Of a stretch of DNA of 64,000 bases, positions 15,001 to 30,000 are shown one piece after another. The stretch spans positions 111,106,001-111,170,000 of the forward strand of contig CM059431.1 in the NCBI GenBank assembly GCA_030390025.1, given 5' to 3'. Both the position numbers and the translations under genes were made by a program. The stretch's first letter is position 1. Every line of letters starts with the position of its first letter. The DNA is from Squalus acanthias (taxonomy: Eukaryota). A model generated the notes under the pieces. The model did no database searches, had not been told where the DNA came from, and was given only the letters and a program-made list of their open reading frames with translations.

Positions 15001-18000
15001 ATCTTCCAATCAAAAGTACAGTATCAGTCACCAATAAACCTGCCAATCTCCAGTACACCTGTCTGTCACCAGTATAACTTGTCATTCACCGGGACATCTG
15101 TCGGTCACCAGGACACCTGTCAGTCACCAGGACACCTGTCAGTCACCAGGACACCTGTCAGTCACCAGGACACCTGTCAGTCACCAGGACACCTGTCAGT
15201 CACAAGTACACCTTTCCGTCATCAGGACACCTGCCAGTCACCAGTTCACCTGTCAGTCACCAGGACACCTGTCAGTTATCATTACAGCTGTCAGTCACCA
15301 GTACACCTGTCAGTCACAATTACACCTGTCTGTCACCAGTTCACCTGTCAGTCACCAATTCACCTGTCAGTCACCAGGACACCTGTCAGTCTTCAATACA
15401 CCTGTCTGTCACCAGGACACCTGTCTGTCACCAGGACACCTGTCAGTCACCAGTGCACCTTTCAGTCACCAATTCAGCTGTCGGTCACGAATACACCTGT
15501 CAGTCACCAATTCGCCCATCAATCACCAGGACACCTCTCAGCACCAATGCACCTGTCAATCACCAGGACACCCGTCATCACAAATGCACCTGTCAGTCCC
15601 CAGTACACCTGTCAGTAACCAGTACACCTTTCAGTCACCAATCACCTGTCAGTCGCCAGTTCATCTGTCAGTCACCAGTACAGCTGTCAGTCACCAGTAC
15701 ACCTGTCAGTCACCAGTACACCTGTCAGTCACCAGTACACCTGTCAGTCACCAGTACACCTTTCAATTATAAGTACAGTATCAGTCACCAGTACACCTGT
15801 CAGTCACCAATAAACCTGCCAATCTCCAGTACACCTGTCTGTCACCAGTATATCTGTCATTCAACAGTACACCTGTCAGTCACCAGTACACTTGTCAGTC
15901 ACCAATAAACCTGCCAATCTCCAGTACACCTGTCTGTCACCAGGATAACTTGTCATTCACCAGGACATCTGTCGGTCGCCAATTCAACTGTCAGTCACCA
16001 GGACACCTGTCAGTCACCAGGATACCTGTCAGTCACCAGTGCACCTTTCAGTCACCAGTACACCTGTCATTCACCAATACACCTGTCAATCACCAGGACA
16101 CCTGTCATCACCAATGCACCTGTCAATCACCAGCACAACTGTCAGTCACCAGTACACCTGTCAGTCACCAGTACATTGTCAGTCACCAGGACATTGTCAG
16201 TCAACATTATAACTGTCAGTCACCAGTACATCTGTCAGTCACTAATACACCTGTCATTCACTAATACTCCTGTCAGTCCCCAGGACACCTGTCAGTCACC
16301 AATTCACCTGTCGGTAAGCAGTAAACCTGTCATCACCAGTACACCCGTCAATCACCAGGACACCTGTCATCACCAATGCACCTGTCAGTCACAAATGCAC
16401 CTGTCAGTCACCAGTACTCCTGCCAGTCACCAGTACACCTTTCAGTCACCAAATCACACCTGTCAGTCACCAGTTCACCTGTCAGTCACCAGTACATCTT
16501 TCAATCAAAAGTACAGTATCAGTCACCTATAAACCTGCCAATCTCCAGTACACCTGTCTGTCACCAGTATAACTTGTCATTCACCAGGACATCTTTCGGT
16601 CACCAGTTCACCTGTCAGTCACCAGTACACCTGTCAGTCATCAGGACACCTGTGAGTCACCAGTCCACCTTTCTGTCACCAATTCACATGTCAGTCACCA
16701 GGACACCTGTCTGTCACCAGCACACCTGTCACTGACCAATTCACCTGTCAGCCACCAGTAATCCTTTCCATCACCAAAACACCTGTCAGTCACCAGGACA
16801 CTGGTAAGTCACAAGTACACCTATCAGTCACCAGTTGACCTGTCAGTCACCAGTACACCTGTCAGTCACCAATTCACATGTCAGTCACCAGGACACCTGT
16901 CTGTCACAAATACATTGTCAGTCACCAATTCACCCATCAATCACCAGGACACCTGTCATCACCAATGCACCTGTCAATCACCAGGACACCTGTCAGTCAC
17001 CAATTCACCTGTCGGTAAGCAGTAAACCTGTCATCACCAGTACACCCGTCAATCACCAGGACACCTGTCATCACCAATGCACCTGTCAGTCACAAATGCA
17101 CCTGTCAGTCACCAGTACTCCTGCCAGTCACCAGTACACCTTTCAGTCACCAAATCACACCTGTCAGTCACCAGTTCACCTGTCAGTCACCAGTACATCT
17201 TTCAATCAAAAGTACAGTATCAGTCACCTATAAACCTGCCAATCTCCAGTACACCTGTCTGTCACCAGTATAACTTGTCATTCACCAGGACATCTTTCGG
17301 TCACCAGTTCACCTGTCAGTCACCAGTACACCTGTCAGTCATCAGGACACCTGTGAGTCACCAGTCCACCTTTCTGTCACCAATTCACATGTCAGTCACC
17401 AGGACACCTGTCTGTCACCAGCACACCTGTCAGTCACCAATACACCCGACAGACACCATGACACATGTCATTCACCAATACACTTGTCATTCACCAGGAC
17501 ATCTGTCAGTCACCAATTCACCTGTCAGTCACCAGGACACCTGTCAGTCACCAGGGCACCTGTCAGTCACCAGGGCACCTGTCGGTCACGAATACACCTG
17601 TCAGTCACCAATTCGCCCGTCAATCACCAGGACACCTGTCATCACCAATGCACCTGTCAATCACCAGGACACCTGTCATCACCAATGCATCTGTCAATCA
17701 CCAGGACACCTGTCAGTCACAAATGCACCTGTCAGTCACCAGTACTCCTGTCAGTCACCAGTACACCTTGCAGTCACCAATCACCTGTCAGTCACCAGTT
17801 CATCTGTCAGTCACCAGTACAGCTGTCAGTCACCAGTACAGCTGTCAGTCACCAGTACACCTGTCAGTCACCATTATAACTGTCAGTCACCAGTACATCT
17901 GTCAGTCACTAGTACACCTGTCAGTCACCAGTACATCTTTCAATTATAAGTACAGTATCAGTCACCAGTACACCTGTCAGTCACCAATAAACCTGCCAAT

Positions 18001-21000
18001 CTCCAGTACACCTGTCTGTCACCAGTATATCTGTCAATCAACAGTACACCTGTCAGTCACCAGTACATCTGTCAGTCACCAGTACACTTGTCAGTCACCA
18101 GTACACCTTTCAATCAAAAGTACAGTATCAGTCACCAGTACACCTGTAAGTCACTAATACACCTGTCATTCACTAAAACTCCTGTCAGTCCCCAGGACAC
18201 CTGTCAGTCACCAATCCACCTGTCAATCACAAAGACACCTGTCAGTCACCAATTCACCTGTCAGTCACTAATACACCTGTCAGTCACCGATTCCCATGTC
18301 AGTCACCAATACACCTGTCAGTCATCAGGACACCTGCCAGCCACCAGTGCACCTGTCAGTCACAATTACACCTGTCAATCAGCAGTTCACCTGTCAGTCA
18401 CCAATTGACCTGTCAGTCACCAGTAAACTTGTCAGTCATCAACACACCTGTCAGTCACCAGTACACCTGTCAGTCACCAATAAACCTGCCAATCTCCAGT
18501 ACACCTGTCTGTCACCAGTATATCTGTCATTCAACAGTACACCTGTCAGTCACCAGTACATCTTTCAATCAAAAGTACAGTATCAGTCACCAGTACACCT
18601 GTCAGTCACCAATAAACCTGCCAATCTCCAGTACACCTGTCTATCACCAGGATAACTTGTCATTCACCAGGACATCTGTCGGTCGCCAATTCACCTGTCA
18701 GTCACCAGTGCACCTTTCAGTCACCAGTACACCTGTCATTCACCAATACACCTGTCAATCACCAGGACACCTGTCATCACCAATGCACCTGTTAGTCACC
18801 AGCACAACTGTCAGTAACCAGTACACCTGTCAGTCACCAGTACAACTGTCAGTCACCAGTACACCTGTCAGTCAACATTATAACTGTCAGTCACCAGTAC
18901 ATCTGTCAGTCACCAGTACACTTGTCAGTCACCAGTACACCTTTCAATCAAAAGTACAGTATCAGTCACCAGTACACCTGTAAGTCACGAATACACCTGT
19001 CATTCACTAATACTCCTGTCAGTCCCCAGGACACCTGTCAGTCACCAATCCACCTGTCAATCACAAAGACACCTGTCAGTCACCAATTCACCTGTCAGTC
19101 ACTAATACACCTGTCAGTCACCGATTCCCATGTCAGTCACCAATACACCTGTCAGTCACCAATTCCGATGTCAGTCACACATATACCTGTCAGTCATCAG
19201 GACACCTGCCAGCCACCAGTGCACCTGTCAGTCACAATTACACCTGTCAATCAGCAGTTCACCTGTCAGTCACCAATTGACCTGTCAGTCACCAGTAAAC
19301 TTGTCAGTCATCAACACACCTGTCAATCACCAGTACACCTGTCAGTCACCAGCACATCTGTCAGTCACAAGTATAACTGTCAGTCATGAATACACCAGTC
19401 AGTCACCCATACACCCGTCAGTCAACAGTACACCTGTCATCACCAGTACACCTGTCAGTCACCAGTACACCTGTGAGTCACCAGTACACCTATCAGTCAC
19501 CAGTACACCTGTCAGTCACCAATTCATCTGTCAGTCACCAGGAATCCTGTCAGTCACCAGTGCACCTGTTCGTCACCAGTATACCTGTCAGTCAGCAGTA
19601 CACCGGTCAGTCAGCAGTACACCTGTCAGTCACCAATACACCTGTCAGTCACCAGGACACCTGTCAGTCACCAGTGCACCTGTCAGTCACCAGTGCACCT
19701 GTCAGTCACCATTAAACCTGTCAGTCACCAATTCACCTGTCAGTCACAAGTACACCTCTCAGTCACCAGTTCAACTCTCAGTCACCAGTACACCATCATT
19801 CATCAGGACACCTGTGAGTCATCAGTCCACCTGTCAGTAATCAATACACCTCTCATTCACCAGGACACCTGACAGTCACCAATGCACCTGTCAGTCACAA
19901 ATGCACCTATCAGTCACCAGTACACCTGTCAGTCACAAGGACACCTGTCATTAACCAGGACACCTGTCAGTCATAAATGCACCTGTCAGTCACCAGTACA
20001 CCTGTCAGTCATCAGGACACCTGTCAGTTATCATTACAGCTGCGATAACCAGTACACCTGTCAGTCACCAGTACACCTGTCAGTCACAATTACACCTGTC
20101 TGTCACCAGTTCACCTGTCAGTCACCAATTCACCTGTCAGTCACCAGTACACCTGTCAGTCACAATTACACCTGTCTGTCACCAGTTCACCTGTCAGTCA
20201 CCAATTCACCTGTCAGTCACCAGGACACCCGTCAGTCTTCAATACACCTGTCTGTCACCAGGACACCTGTCTGTCACCAGTACACCTGTCACTGACCAAT
20301 TCACCTGTCAGCCACCAGTAATCCTTTCCATCACCAAAACACCTGTCAGTCACCAGGACACCGGTAAGTCACAATTACACCTGTCTGTCACCAGTTCACC
20401 TGTCAGTCACCAATTCACCTGTCAGTCACCAGGACACCTGTCAGTCTTCAATACACCTGTCTGTCACCAGGACACCTGTCTGTCACCAGTACACCTGTCA
20501 GCCAACAGTACACCTGTCACTGACCAATTCACCTGTCAGCCACCAGTAATCCTTTCCATCACCAAAACACCTGTCAGTCACCAGGACACCGGTAAGTCAC
20601 AAGTACACCTATCAGTCACCAGTTGACCTGTCAGTCACCAGTACACCTGTCAGTCACCAATTCACATGTCAGTCACCAGGACACCTGTCTGTCACAAATA
20701 CATTGTCAGTCACCAATTCACCCATCAATCACCAGGACACCTGTCATCACCAATGCACCTGTCAATCACCAGGACACCTGTCAGTCACCAATTCACATGT
20801 CAGTCACCAGTACACCTGTCAGTCACCAGGACACCGGTCTGTCACCAGTACACCTGTCTGTCACCAATTCACCTGTCAGTCACCAGGACACCTGTCTGTC
20901 AGCAGTACACCTGTCAATCACCAGGACACCTGTCTGTCACCAGTTCACCTGTCTGTCACCAGTTCACCTGTCAGTCACCAGGACACCTGTCAGTCATCAA

Positions 21001-24000
21001 TTCACACGACAGTCACCAGTACACCCGACAGTCATCAGTACACCGTCTGTCACCAGGACACCTGTCATTCACCAATACACTTGCCATTCACCAGGACATC
21101 TGTCAGTCACCAATTCACCTGTCAGTCACCAGGACACCTGTCAGTCTTCAATACACCTGTCTGTCACCAGGACACCTGTCTGTCACCAGGACACCTGTCA
21201 GCCAACAGTACACCTGTCACTGACCAATTCACCTGTCAGCCACCAGTAATCCTTTCCATCACCAAAACACCTGTCAGTCACCATTTCACCTGTCAGTCAC
21301 CAGGACACCGGTCAGTCACAAGTACACCTGTCAGTCACCAGTTCACCTGTCAGTCACCAGTACACCTGTCAGTCACCAGGACACCTGTCAGTCACCAGGA
21401 CACCTGTCTGTCACAAATACACCTGTCAGTCACCAATTCACCCATCAATCACCAGGACACCTGTCATCACCAATGCACCTGACAATCACCAGGACACCTG
21501 TCAGTCACCAATTCACACGTCAGTCATCAATACACCTGTCAATCACCAGGCCAATTGTCAGTCACCAATTCACCTGTCAGTTACCAGTACACCTCTCAGT
21601 CATCAATACACCTGTCATTCACTAATACACCTGTCAGTCACCAGGACACCTGTCAGTCACCAGTACACCTGTGAGTCACCAGTACACCTGTGAGTCAACA
21701 GTACACCTATCCGTCACCAGTACACCTGTCAGTCACCAATACAACTGTCAGTCACCAGGACACCTGCCCGTCACAAATGCACCTGTCAGTCACCAGTAAA
21801 CCTGTCAGTCACCAGGACACCTGTCAGTCACCAGTACACCTGTCAGTCATCAATAAACCTGTCAGTCACCAAAACACAGGTCAATCACCAAAATACCTGT
21901 CACTCACCAATACACCTGTCAGTCACCAGTAGTCCTTTCAGTCACCAATACACGTGTCAGGCACCAATTCAGCTGTCAGTCACCTATTCACCTGTCATTC
22001 ACCAGTAATACTTTCAGTCACCAATTCACCTGTCAGTCATCAATTCACCTGTCAGGCACCAGTACAACTTTCAGTCACCATTACACCTGTCAGTCACCAA
22101 TTCACCTGTCAGTCACCAGGACACCTGTCAATCACAGGTACACCTCTCAGTCATTAGTACACCTGTCAGTCATCAGGACACCTGTCAGTCATCAGGACAC
22201 CTGTCAGTCATCAGGATACCTGTCAGTCATCATTACAGCTGTCAGTCACAATTACACCTGTCAGTCTCCAATACACCGGACAGTCATCAATACACTTGTC
22301 AGTAACCAGGACACCTGTCATTCACCAATACACCTGTCAGTCACCAGTACACATGAAAGTCACCAGGACACCTGTCAGTCATCAATAAACCTGTCAGTCA
22401 CCAGTACAACTTTCAGTCACCAATTCACCTGTCAGTCACCAATACACCTGTCAAACACCATTAAACCTGTCAGTCACCAATTCACCTGTCAGTCATCAGG
22501 ACACCTGTCAGTCACAAGTACACCTCTCAGTCACCAGTTCAACTCTCAGTCACCAGTACACCTGTCATTCATCAGGACACCTGTGAGTCATCAGTCCACC
22601 TGTCAGTCATCAGGACACCTGTCAGTTATCATTACATCTGTCAGACATCAGTACCCCTGTCAGTCACAATTGCACCTGTCAGTCACCACTACACCTGTCA
22701 GTAATCAATAAACCTGTCATTCACCAGGACACCTGACAGTCACCAATACACCTGTCAGTCACCAAATCACACCTGTCAGTCACCAGTTCACCTGTCAGTC
22801 ACCAGTACATCTTTCAATCAAAAGTACAGTATCAGTCACCTATAAACCTGCCAATCTCCAGTACACCTGTCTGTCACCAGTATAACTTGTCATTCACCAG
22901 GACATCTTTCGGTCACCAGTTCACCTGTCAGTCACCAGTACACCTGTCAGTCATCAGGACACCTGTGAGTCACCAGTCCACCTTTCTGTCACCAATTCAC
23001 ATGTCAGTCACCAGGACACCTGTCTGTCACCAGCACACCTGTCAGTCACCAATACACCCGACAGACACCATGACACATGTCATTCACCAATACACTTGTC
23101 ATTCACCAGGACATCTGTCAGTCACCAATTCACCTGTCAGTCACCAGGACACCTGTCAGTCACCAGGGCACCTGTCAGTCACCAGGGCACCTGTCAGTCA
23201 CCAGGGCACCTGTCAGTCACCAGGGCACCTGTCAGTCACCAGGGCACCTGTCAGTCACCAGGGCACCTGTCAGTCACCAGGGCACCTGTCAGTCACCAGG
23301 GCACCTGTCAGTCACCAATTCACCTGTCAGTCACCAATTCACCTGTCAGTCACTAATACACCTGTCAGTCACCGATTCCCATGTCAGTCACCAATACACC
23401 TGTCAGTCACCAATTCCGATGTCAGTCACACATATACCTGTCAGTCATCAGGACACCTGCCAGCCACCAGTGCACCTGTCAGTCACAATTACACCTGTCA
23501 ATCAGCAGTTCACCTGTCAGTCACCAATTGACCTGTCAGTCACCAGTAAACTTGTCAGTCATCAACACACCTGTCAATCACCAGTACACCTGTCAGTCAC
23601 CAGCACATCTGTCAGTCACAAGTATAACTGTCAGTCATGAATACACCAGTCAGTCACCCATACACCCGTCAGTCAACAGTACACCTGTCATCACCAGTAC
23701 ACCTGTCAGTCACCAGTACACCTGTCAGTCACCAGTACACCTATCAGTCACCAGTACACCTGTCAGTCACCAATTCATCTGTCAGTCACCAGGAATCCTG
23801 TCAGTCACCAGTGCACCTGTTCGTCACCAGTATACCTGTCAGTCACCAGGGCATCTGTCAGTCAACAGTACACCTCTCTGTCAGCAGGCCACCTGTCAGT
23901 CACCAATTCACCTGCCAGTCACGAGGACTCCTGTCAGTCAGCAGTACACCGGTCAGTCAGCAGTACACCTGTCAGTCACCAATACACCTGTCAGTCACCA

Positions 24001-27000
24001 GGACACCTGTCAGTCACCAGGACACCTGTCAGTCACCAGTGCACCTGTCAGTCACCAGTGCACCTGTCAGTCACCATTAAACCTGTCAGTCACCAATTCA
24101 CCTGTCAGTCACAAGAACACCTCTCAGTCACCAGTACACCGTCATTCATCAGGACACCTGTGAGTCATCAGTCCACCTGTCAGTAATCAATACACCTCTC
24201 ATTCACCAGGACACCTGACAGTCACCAATGCACCTGTCAGTCACAAATGCACCTATCAGTCACCAGTACACCTGTCAGTCACAAGGACACCTGTCATTAA
24301 CCAGGACACCTGTCAGTCATAAATGCACCTGTCAGTCACCAGTACACCTGTCAGTCATCAGGACACCTGTCAGTTATCATTACAGCTGCAATAACCAGTA
24401 CACCTGTCAGTCACAATTACACCTGTCTGTCACCAGTTCACCTGTCAGTCACCAATTCACCTGTCAGTCACCAGGACACCTGTCAGTCTTCAATACACCT
24501 GTCTGTCACCAGGACACCTGTCTGTCACCAGTACACCTGTCAGCCAACAGTACACCTGTCACTGACCAATTCACCTGTCAGCCACCAGTAATCCTTTCCA
24601 TCACCAAAACACCTGTCAGTCACCAGGACACCGGTAAGTCACAAGTACACCTATCAGTCACCAGTTGACCTGTCAGTCACCAGTACACCTGTCAGTCACC
24701 AATTCACATGTCAGTCACCAGGACACCTGTCTGTCACAAATACATTGTCAGTCACCAATTCACCCATCAATCACCAGGACACCTGTCATCACCAATGCAC
24801 CTGTCAATCACCAGGACACCTGTCAGTCACCAATTCACCTGTCGGTAAGCAGTAAACCTGTCATCACCAGTACACCCGTCAATCACCAGGACACCTGTCA
24901 TCACCAATGCACCTGTCAGTCACAAATGCACCTGTCAGTCACCAGTACTCCTGCCAGTCACCAGTACACCTTTCAGTCACCAAATCACACCTGTCAGTCA
25001 CCAGTTCACCTGTCAGTCACCAGTACATCTTTCAATCAAAAGTACAGTATCAGTCACCTATAAACCTGCCAATCTCCAGTACACCTGTCTGTCACCAGTA
25101 TAACTTGTCATTCACCAGGACATCTTTCGGTCACCAGTTCACCTGTCAGTCACCAGTACACCTGTCAGTCATCAGGACACCTGTGAGTCACCAGTCCACC
25201 TTTCTGTCACCAATTCACATGTCAGTCACCAGGACACCTGTCTGTCACCAGCACACCTGTCAGTCACCAATACACCCGACAGACACCATGACACATGTCA
25301 TTCACCAATACACTTGTCATTCACCAGGACATCTGTCAGTCACCAATTCACCTGTCAGTCACCAGGACACCTGTCAGTCACCAGGGCACCTGTCAGTCAC
25401 CAGGGCACCTGTCGGTCACGAATACACCTGTCAGTCACCAATTCGCCCGTCAATCACCAGGACACCTGTCATCACCAATGCACCTGTCAATCACCAGGAC
25501 ACCTGTCATCACCAATGCATCTGTCAATCACCAGGACACCTGTCAGTCACAAATGCACCTGTCAGTCACCAGTACTCCTGTCAGTCACCAGTACACCTTG
25601 CAGTCACCAATCACCTGTCAGTCACCAGTTCATCTGTCAGTCACCAGTACACCTGTCAGTCACCAGTACAGCTGTCAGTCACCAGTACAGCTGTCAGTCA
25701 CCAGTACACCTGTCAGTCACCATTATAACTGTCAGTCACCAGTACATCTGTCAGTCACTAGTACACCTGTCAGTCACCAGTACATCTTTCAATTATAAGT
25801 ACAGTATCAGTCACCAGTACACCTGTCAGTCACCAATAAACCTGCCAATCTCCAGTACACCTGTCTGTCACCAGTATATCTGTCAATCAACAGTACACCT
25901 GTCAGTCACCAGTACACCTGTCAGTCACCAATAAACCTGCCAATCTCCAGTACACCTGTCTGTCACCAGTATATCTGTCATTCAACAGTACACCTGTCAG
26001 TCACCAGTACATCTTTCAATCAAAAGTACAGTATCAGTCACCAGTACACCTGTCAGTCACCAATAAACCTGCCAATCTCCAGTACACCTGTCTATCACCA
26101 GGATAACTTGTCATTCACCAGGACATCTGTCGGTCGCCAATTCACCTGTCAGTCACCAGTGCACCTTTCAGTCACCAGTACACCTGTCATTCACCAATAC
26201 ACCTGTCAATCACCAGGACACCTGTCATCACCAATGCACCTGTTAGTCACCAGCACAACTGTCAGTAACCAGTACACCTGTCAGTCACCAGTACAACTGT
26301 CAGTCACCAGTACACCTGTCAGTCAACATTATAACTGTCAGTCACCAGTACATCTGTCAGTCACCAGTACACTTGTCAGTCACCAGTACACCTTTCAATC
26401 AAAAGTACAGTATCAGTCACCAGTACACCTGTAAGTCACTAATACACCTGTCATTCACTAAAACTCCTGTCAGTCCCCAGGACACCTGTCAGTCACCAAT
26501 CCACCTGTCAATCACAAAGACACCTGTCAGTCACCAATTCACCTGTCAGTCACTAATACACCTGTCAGTCACCGATTCCCATGTCAGTCACCAATACACC
26601 TGTCAGTCATCAGGACACCTGCCAGCCACCAGTGCACCTGTCAGTCACAATTACACCTGTCAATCAGCAGTTCACCTGTCAGTCACCAATTGACCTGTCA
26701 GTCACCAGTAAACTTGTCAGTCATCAACACACCTGTCAGTCACCAGTACACCTGTCAGTCACCAATAAACCTGCCAATCTCCAGTACACCTGTCTGTCAC
26801 CAGTATATCTGTCATTCAACAGTACACCTGTCAGTCACCAGTACATCTTTCAATCAAAAGTACAGTATCAGTCACCAGTACACCTGTCAGTCACCAATAA
26901 ACCTGCCAATCTCCAGTACACCTGTCTATCACCAGGATAACTTGTCATTCACCAGGACATCTGTCGGTCGCCAATTCACCTGTCAGTCACCAGTGCACCT

Positions 27001-30000
27001 TTCAGTCACCAGTACACCTGTCATTCACCAATACACCTGTCAATCACCAGGACACCTGTCATCACCAATGCACCTGTTAGTCACCAGCACAACTGTCAGT
27101 CACCAGTACACCTGTCAGTCAACATTATAACTGTCAGTCACCAGTACATCTGTCAGTCACCAGTACACTTGTCAGTCACCAGTACACCTTTCAATCAAAA
27201 GTACAGTATCAGTCACCAGTACACCTGTAAGTCACTAATACACCTGTCATTCACTAATACTCCTGTCAGTCCCCAGGACACCTGTCAGTCACCTATCCAC
27301 CTGTCAATCACAAAGACACCTGTCAGTCACCAATTCACCTGTCAGTCACTAATACACCTGTCAGTCACCGATTCCCATGTCAGTCACCAATACACCTGTC
27401 AGTCACCAATTCCGATGTCAGTCACACATATACCTGTCAGTCATCAGGACACCTGCCAGCCACCAGTGCACCTGTCAGTCACAATTACACCTGTCAATCA
27501 GCAGTTCACCTGTCAGTCACCAATTGACCTGTCAGTCACCAGTAAACTTGTCAGTCATCAACACACCTGTCAATCACCAGTACACCTGTCAGTCACCAGC
27601 ACATCTGTCAGTCACAAGTATAACTGTCAGTCATGAATACACCAGTCAGTCACCCATACACCCGTCAGTCAACAGTACACCTGTCATCACCAGTACACCT
27701 GTCAGTCACCAGTACACCTGTGAGTCACCAGTACACCTATCAGTCACCAGTACACCTGTCAGTCACCAATTCATCTGTCAGTCACCAGGAATCCTGTCAG
27801 TCACCAGTGCACCTGTTCATCACCAGTATACCTGTCAGTCACCAGGGCATCTGTCAGTCAACAGTACACCTCTCTGTCAGCAGGCCACCTGTCAGTCACC
27901 AATTCACCTGCCAGTCACGAGACTCCTGTCAGTCAGCAGTACACCGGTCAGTCAGCAGTACACCTGTCAGTCACCAATACACCTGTCAGTCACCAGGACA
28001 CCTGTCAGTCACCAGTGCACCTGTCAGTCACCATTAAACCTGTCAGTCACCAATTCACCTGTCAGTCACAAGTACACCTCTCAGTCACCAGTTCAACTCT
28101 CAGTCACCAGTACACCGTCATTCATCAGGACACCTGTGAGTCATCAGTCCACCTGTCAGTAATCAATACACCTCTCATTCACCAGGACACCTGACAGTCA
28201 CCAATGCACCTGTCAGTCACAAATGCACCTATCAGTCACCAGTACACCTGTCAGTCACAAGGACACCTGTCATTAACCAGGACACCTGTCAGTCATAAAT
28301 GCACCTGTCAGTCACCAGTACACCTGTCAGTCATCAGGACACCTGTCAGTTATCATTACAGCTGCAATAACCAGTACACCTGTCAGTCACCAGTACACCT
28401 GTCAGTCACAATTACACCTGTCTGTCACCAGTTCACCTGTCAGTCACCAATTCACCTGTCAGTCACCAGGACACCTGTCAGTCTTCAATACACCTGTCTG
28501 TCACCAGGACACCTGTCTGTCACCAGTACACCTGTCAGCCAACAGTACACCTGTCACTGACCAATTCACCTGTCAGCCACCAGTAATCCTTTCCATCACC
28601 AAAACACCTGTCAGTCACCAGGACACCGGTAAGTCACAAGTACACCTATCAGTCACCAGTTGACCTGTCAGTCACCAGTACACCTGTCAGTCACCAATTC
28701 ACATGTCAGTCACCAGGACACCTGTTTGTCACAAATACATTGTCAGTCACCAATTCACCCATCAATCACCAGGACACCTGTCATCACCAATGCACCTGTC
28801 AATCACCAGGACACCTGTCAGTCACCAATTCACCTGTCGGTAAGCAGTAAACCTGTCATCACCAGTACACCCGTCAATCACCAGGACACCTGTCATCACC
28901 AATGCACCTGTCAGTCACAAATGCACCTGTCAGTCACCAGTACTCCTGCCAGTCACCAGTACACCTTTCAGTCACCAAATCACACCTGTCAGTCACCAGT
29001 TCACCTGTCAGTCACCAGTACATCTTTCAATCAAAAGTACAGTATCAGTCACCTATAAACCTGCCAATCTCCAGTACACCTGTCTGTCACCAGTATAACT
29101 TGTCATTCACCAGGACATCTTTCGGTCACCAGTTCACCTGTCAGTCACCAGTACACCTGTCAGTCATCAGGACACCTGTGAGTCACCAGTCCACCTTTCT
29201 GTCACCAATTCACATGTCAGTCACCAGGACACCTGTCTGTCACCAGCACACCTGTCAGTCACCAATACACCCGACAGACACCATGACACATGTCATTCAC
29301 CAATACACTTGTCATTCACCAGGACATCTGTCAGTCACCAATTCACCTGTCAGTCACCAGGACACCTGTCAGTCACCAGGGCACCTGTCAGTCACCAGGG
29401 CACCTGTCAGTCACCAGGGCACCTGTCGGTCACGAATACACCTGTCAGTCACCAATTCGCCCGTCAATCACCAGGACACCTGTCATCACCAATGCACCTG
29501 TCAATCACCAGGACACCTGTCATCACCAATGCATCTGTCAATCACCAGGACACCTGTCAGTCACAAATGCACCTGTCAGTCACCAGTACTCCTGTCAGTC
29601 ACCAGTACACCTTGCAGTCACCAATCACCTGTCAGTCACCAGTTCATCTGTCAGTCACCAGTACACCTGTCAGTCACCAGTACAGCTGTCAGTCACCAGT
29701 ACAGCTGTCAGTCACCAGTACACCTGTCAGTCACCATTATAACTGTCAGTCACCATTATAACTGTCAGTCACCAGTACATCTGTCAGTCACTAGTACACC
29801 TGTCAGTCACCAGTACATCTTTCAATTATAAGTACAGTATCAGTCACCAGTACACCTGTCAGTCACCAATAAACCTGCCAATCTCCAGTACACCTGTCTG
29901 TCACCAGTATATCTGTCAATCAACAGTACACCTGTCAGTCACCAGTACACCTGTCAGTCACCAATAAACCTGCCAATCTCCAGTACACCTGTCTGTCACC

